Assembly (NCBI GenBank): GCA_037445065.1
Contig: JBBILD010000021.1
Span: 1-59,492, forward strand
Length of the DNA: 59,492 nt
Direction: 5' to 3'
Source: Myxococcales bacterium
GTDB lineage: Bacteria; Desulfobacterota; Binatia; HRBIN30
Positions 56,882-59,492 of this stretch are shown here, one piece after another. The position numbers were made by a program, and so were the translations under genes. Numbering within the stretch: position 1 is the stretch's first letter; each line of letters opens with the position of its first letter. The notes beneath the pieces were generated by a model that worked only from the letters and a program-made list of their open reading frames with translations, had not been told where the DNA came from and made no database searches.

Positions 56882-59428
56882 TCACGGGCAACCCCTCGCC
56901 AGTCGCAAGACGGCTCGGGTGAGGTCACCTACGGTCACCTCGCCATCACCGTTCGAGTCTGCAGCGGGGCATTCCGCCAGGCCAGTGCGTCCCGCCATGA
57001 TTTGCACCACGGTTGTGATTTCCGTGCCCACCACTTGCCCATTTCCATCGCAATCGCCCGGGCAACTTGCCGACGGAGTCGGCTGAGGCTCGGGACTCGG
57101 AGCCTCGAGAGGTACCACCGCGCCGATGGCACGAGCCTGGAAGGTGGTTGCGCGCGCGTCGCCTACGTTCAAGCGATCGGCAGAGAAGCTCGCGTTCCCA
57201 CTATTGCCGCCAACTCGCTGGAATGCGCAACGGAACACCCCACCGTCGGCAAACGACTGGATTGGGTAGGCCAAATCGCCAGCAAACAAGCGCAAGCGCT
57301 TGAGTCCTTCCGGGGCGGGCGGGCTCGACGGCTGGGTCGCCAGCAGCACGTGCGAGGACCGCAGACGCTCCTCGAGCTTGCAGGCACGGCTAGCATCTCC
57401 AATGTCGAGCAGGGTTGCGTCGTACAGCAAATCGAGTTGCACGGTAGCGAGATCCCCGCCACCACCAGAAGCACCGACCGTCACCACCACGCTCTCCGCT
57501 CCCTGCGACTCGGCGTGGATGTTGAGGGTTACCTCCTCTGGCCGGTCGTGCGCAAAAATCAAGGGCCGCCCTTCTTGCACGCACCCCCGCGCCAAGTTCA
57601 GCACAATCTGGGTGATCTCGTTCCCCATTACGTTCCCGTCGCCGTCAATGTCGGCAGCTTGGCAAGCACTGAGCGGCAGTAGCCCACCCAGCACGAACAC
57701 CGCGTTACTGACCTCGCTGCCGAACACGAACCCGTCGAGGTTGCAGTCTCCACCACATTCGCAAAGGCCATCCACGCACGCTTCTCGGTCGAAGCACTGT
57801 AAGCGGTCCACATTCGGGTCCGCGTCGTCACACGGCCGCTTCTTCTTGCAAGTACCGCCGCGGCAATGCTCATCCGGTGCACAGTCCTGATCGCCGGCAC
57901 ACGGCCGGAACGTCGGCGTCGGTGTCGCCGTCCGGGTCGGAGTACGCGTCAGCGTCGGCGGAGGAGTACGGGTCAAGGTGGGCGAGGGACTCGGGGTGAG
58001 ACAGAACCCCCGCACGCATACCTGGCCCGCTGGGCACACACCGTCTGGACATGCTCCCGGACCGAAGAACGGATTCGTCCCGGCATAGACCTGCCCGGCG
58101 AATGCGCCGCCCGCGCCCAAATTCGTCGCAAAAGAGACAAACGCGACCTTCTCCCCGTCCGCGGAAATCGCGAACGGCACGTCGGGCACGCCGTTATTTC
58201 CCAGCTCGCCGCGCTCGTTCACATCTACGGCGACGGTGACGCCAATCGCCATGTCGCGCACGAATACATTCGAGGCGTTGTTAGCGTCGTTAAAAATCAG
58301 ATTTGTCGCCGCCGATCCGAAGACCACGAACCGACCGTCTTGGCTGATCGCGGGGGGAAACGAAAAATCGTTTGCATCACGGTTCGCAAAGCTCACGCTC
58401 ACCCGCTGGATCTTCCGCTCTTGGCGGTCGAAGCGGAATACGTCCACCACACCGTTGCGGTCGTCCGACACCAGGTTGGTGGCGATGGACTTGAACGCTA
58501 CGAAGCGCCCGTCCCCACTGATTGCAGGCAGGATGCTGTCCCCGTTCCCCTGCTGCCCGGCATCAGACACGCTCACCCGCTCAATCGTTCCCGTGCGCCG
58601 GTCACAAACGAAGATATCCAGCGCTCCATTCGTGTCCCCAGGCACCAAGTTGGTCGCGGCCGAGGAAAAAGCCACCAACATCCCATCGTCACTGATCGAA
58701 GCATGGGAACTCGCCCCATTGCCTTGCACGCCGCACAAGCGCTCGGTGATCCCCGTGGCTCGATCGTGAACAAAAATATCCGATCGCCCATTGGTGTCGC
58801 CTGTAACGAGGTTGGTCGCCTCGGACTGAAAGACCACAAACCGGCCATCGGCGCTGATGTCGGGGAAAAAACTGTTCCCGTTGGCCTGTGTACCGTCGGA
58901 GGCCACGCTCACCCGCTCGGTTACCCCGCTCGCGCGCACCCGCACGAACACATCGGACCGAGCGTTGGTGTCGCCGGGAACCAAATTCGACGCGCGCGAG
59001 TCAAACGCCACCACAGAGCCGTCGCCACTCAGAGAAACGTTACCGCCAGCCGACTGGCTCGGACCGTTCGCCTGAGCCCCTGAGGAACTCACACTGACTC
59101 GCTCGATAGTCCCCGCGTCCAGGTCACGCACAAAGACGTCGCGCGCCTGGTTGGTGTCGCCAGGAACGAGGTTACTGGCGTCCGAGTAAAACCCCACGAT
59201 CTTACCGCTCTGGTCGGAGCCAACGCCGTTCGACAGGCCATTCCCGGGACGCCCAGCCACGGTGGTACTGACGACTTGCACCGATCCGGCAGGCTGTGCA
59301 CGGACTTCCAACGGCACCATCGCCGCACCAAGCCCAATGGCCACGAGCCATAAGGCCTGGCACATCAAGGAAGCCCCCAACACGCCCGGCTTGTCCCGAT
59401 GAACAGAAGCCCCGCTGCGGACCCTCAT
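56882..59428 (-). CDS. Secreted multidomain protein: PD40/TolB-like beta-propeller, Cys-rich region, dockerin-like, cohesin-like, dockerin-like
   Basis: Repeats IS.DGRFV.F.S.ATNLV..DTN...D.FV.D; two CxGDCxxxGxV...C.AAD.xGDG.V...GC modules flank a cohesin-like unit. Start after AAGGAGG. Confidence 0.8.
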   Translation of the reverse strand: MRVRSGASVHRDKPGVLGASLMCQALWLVAIGLGAAMVPLEVRAQPAGSVQVVSTTVAGRPGNGLSNGVGSDQSGKIVGFYSDASNLVPGDTNQARDVFVRDLDAGTIERVSVSSSGAQANGPSQSAGGNVSLSGDGSVVAFDSRASNLVPGDTNARSDVFVRVRASGVTERVSVASDGTQANGNSFFPDISADGRFVVFQSEATNLVTGDTNGRSDIFVHDRATGITERLCGVQGNGASSHASISDDGMLVAFSSAATNLVPGDTNGALDIFVCDRRTGTIERVSVSDAGQQGNGDSILPAISGDGRFVAFKSIATNLVSDDRNGVVDVFRFDRQERKIQRVSVSFANRDANDFSFPPAISQDGRFVVFGSAATNLIFNDANNASNVFVRDMAIGVTVAVDVNERGELGNNGVPDVPFAISADGEKVAFVSFATNLGAGGAFAGQVYAGTNPFFGPGACPDGVCPAGQVCVRGFCLTPSPSPTLTRTPPPTLTRTPTRTATPTPTFRPCAGDQDCAPDEHCRGGTCKKKRPCDDADPNVDRLQCFDREACVDGLCECGGDCNLDGFVFGSEVSNAVFVLGGLLPLSACQAADIDGDGNVMGNEITQIVLNLARGCVQEGRPLIFAHDRPEEVTLNIHAESQGAESVVVTVGASGGGGDLATVQLDLLYDATLLDIGDASRACKLEERLRSSHVLLATQPSSPPAPEGLKRLRLFAGDLAYPIQSFADGGVFRCAFQRVGGNSGNASFSADRLNVGDARATTFQARAIGAVVPLEAPSPEPQPTPSASCPGDCDGNGQVVGTEITTVVQIMAGRTGLAECPAADSNGDGEVTVGDLTRAVLRLARGCP

Positions 59429-59492
59429 AACTTCCTCCTTGACACTCTCCACCTCAACGTGCCCCCCTCGCGCCCCAAGGCACCACGCCACC

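Noticed and set aside
58100..59260. Recurring DNA motif TTGGTGTCGCC and similar
   Set aside because: Explained by the beta-propeller blade repeats (NLVPGDTN).
41662..59428. Cys-rich proteins as multiheme cytochromes
   Set aside because: No repeated CxxCH motifs; Cys spacing fits Fe-S clusters or disulfides.

Overview
GC-rich, densely coding window from a diderm bacterium (lptD is present). The gene order (argS-SPOR, trp-folC-lptD), the MYXO-CTERM-like anchor and the many Cys-rich or dockerin-like secreted proteins suggest a deltaproteobacterial-type lineage, possibly Candidatus Binatia; this is inference only. Housekeeping and metabolic content: argS-SPOR-trpEGDCFBA-folC-lptD, rimI, two tandem KAS III genes, a GH13 glucosidase with a CUT2 sugar ABC transporter, a hydrolase/LLM/dynamin cluster, an MCC beta subunit, a formyltransferase, a dienelactone hydrolase, IclR-etfBA with an Fe-S membrane oxidoreductase, an atypical two-gene biotin carboxylase, speA and a UDP-sugar dehydrogenase. 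I saw no rRNA, tRNA, CRISPR array or mobile element. Two candidate undescribed cell-surface systems stand out. (1) Five paralogous secreted proteins of unknown function, about 350-415 aa, form an A-B-C cluster (2.7-6.3 kb) and a second A'-B' cluster (51.3-53.6 kb). The clusters have matching promoter, RBS and terminator architecture, and every mature chain has an odd cysteine count. They may build an S-layer, sheath or filament. (2) A Cys-flanked cohesin/dockerin-like scaffold set: a membrane-anchored two-cohesin protein, a propeller-dockerin-cohesin-dockerin adaptor and two dockerin-bearing cargo proteins, with two apparent recognition codes. All calls come from reading motifs by eye; no database search was run.
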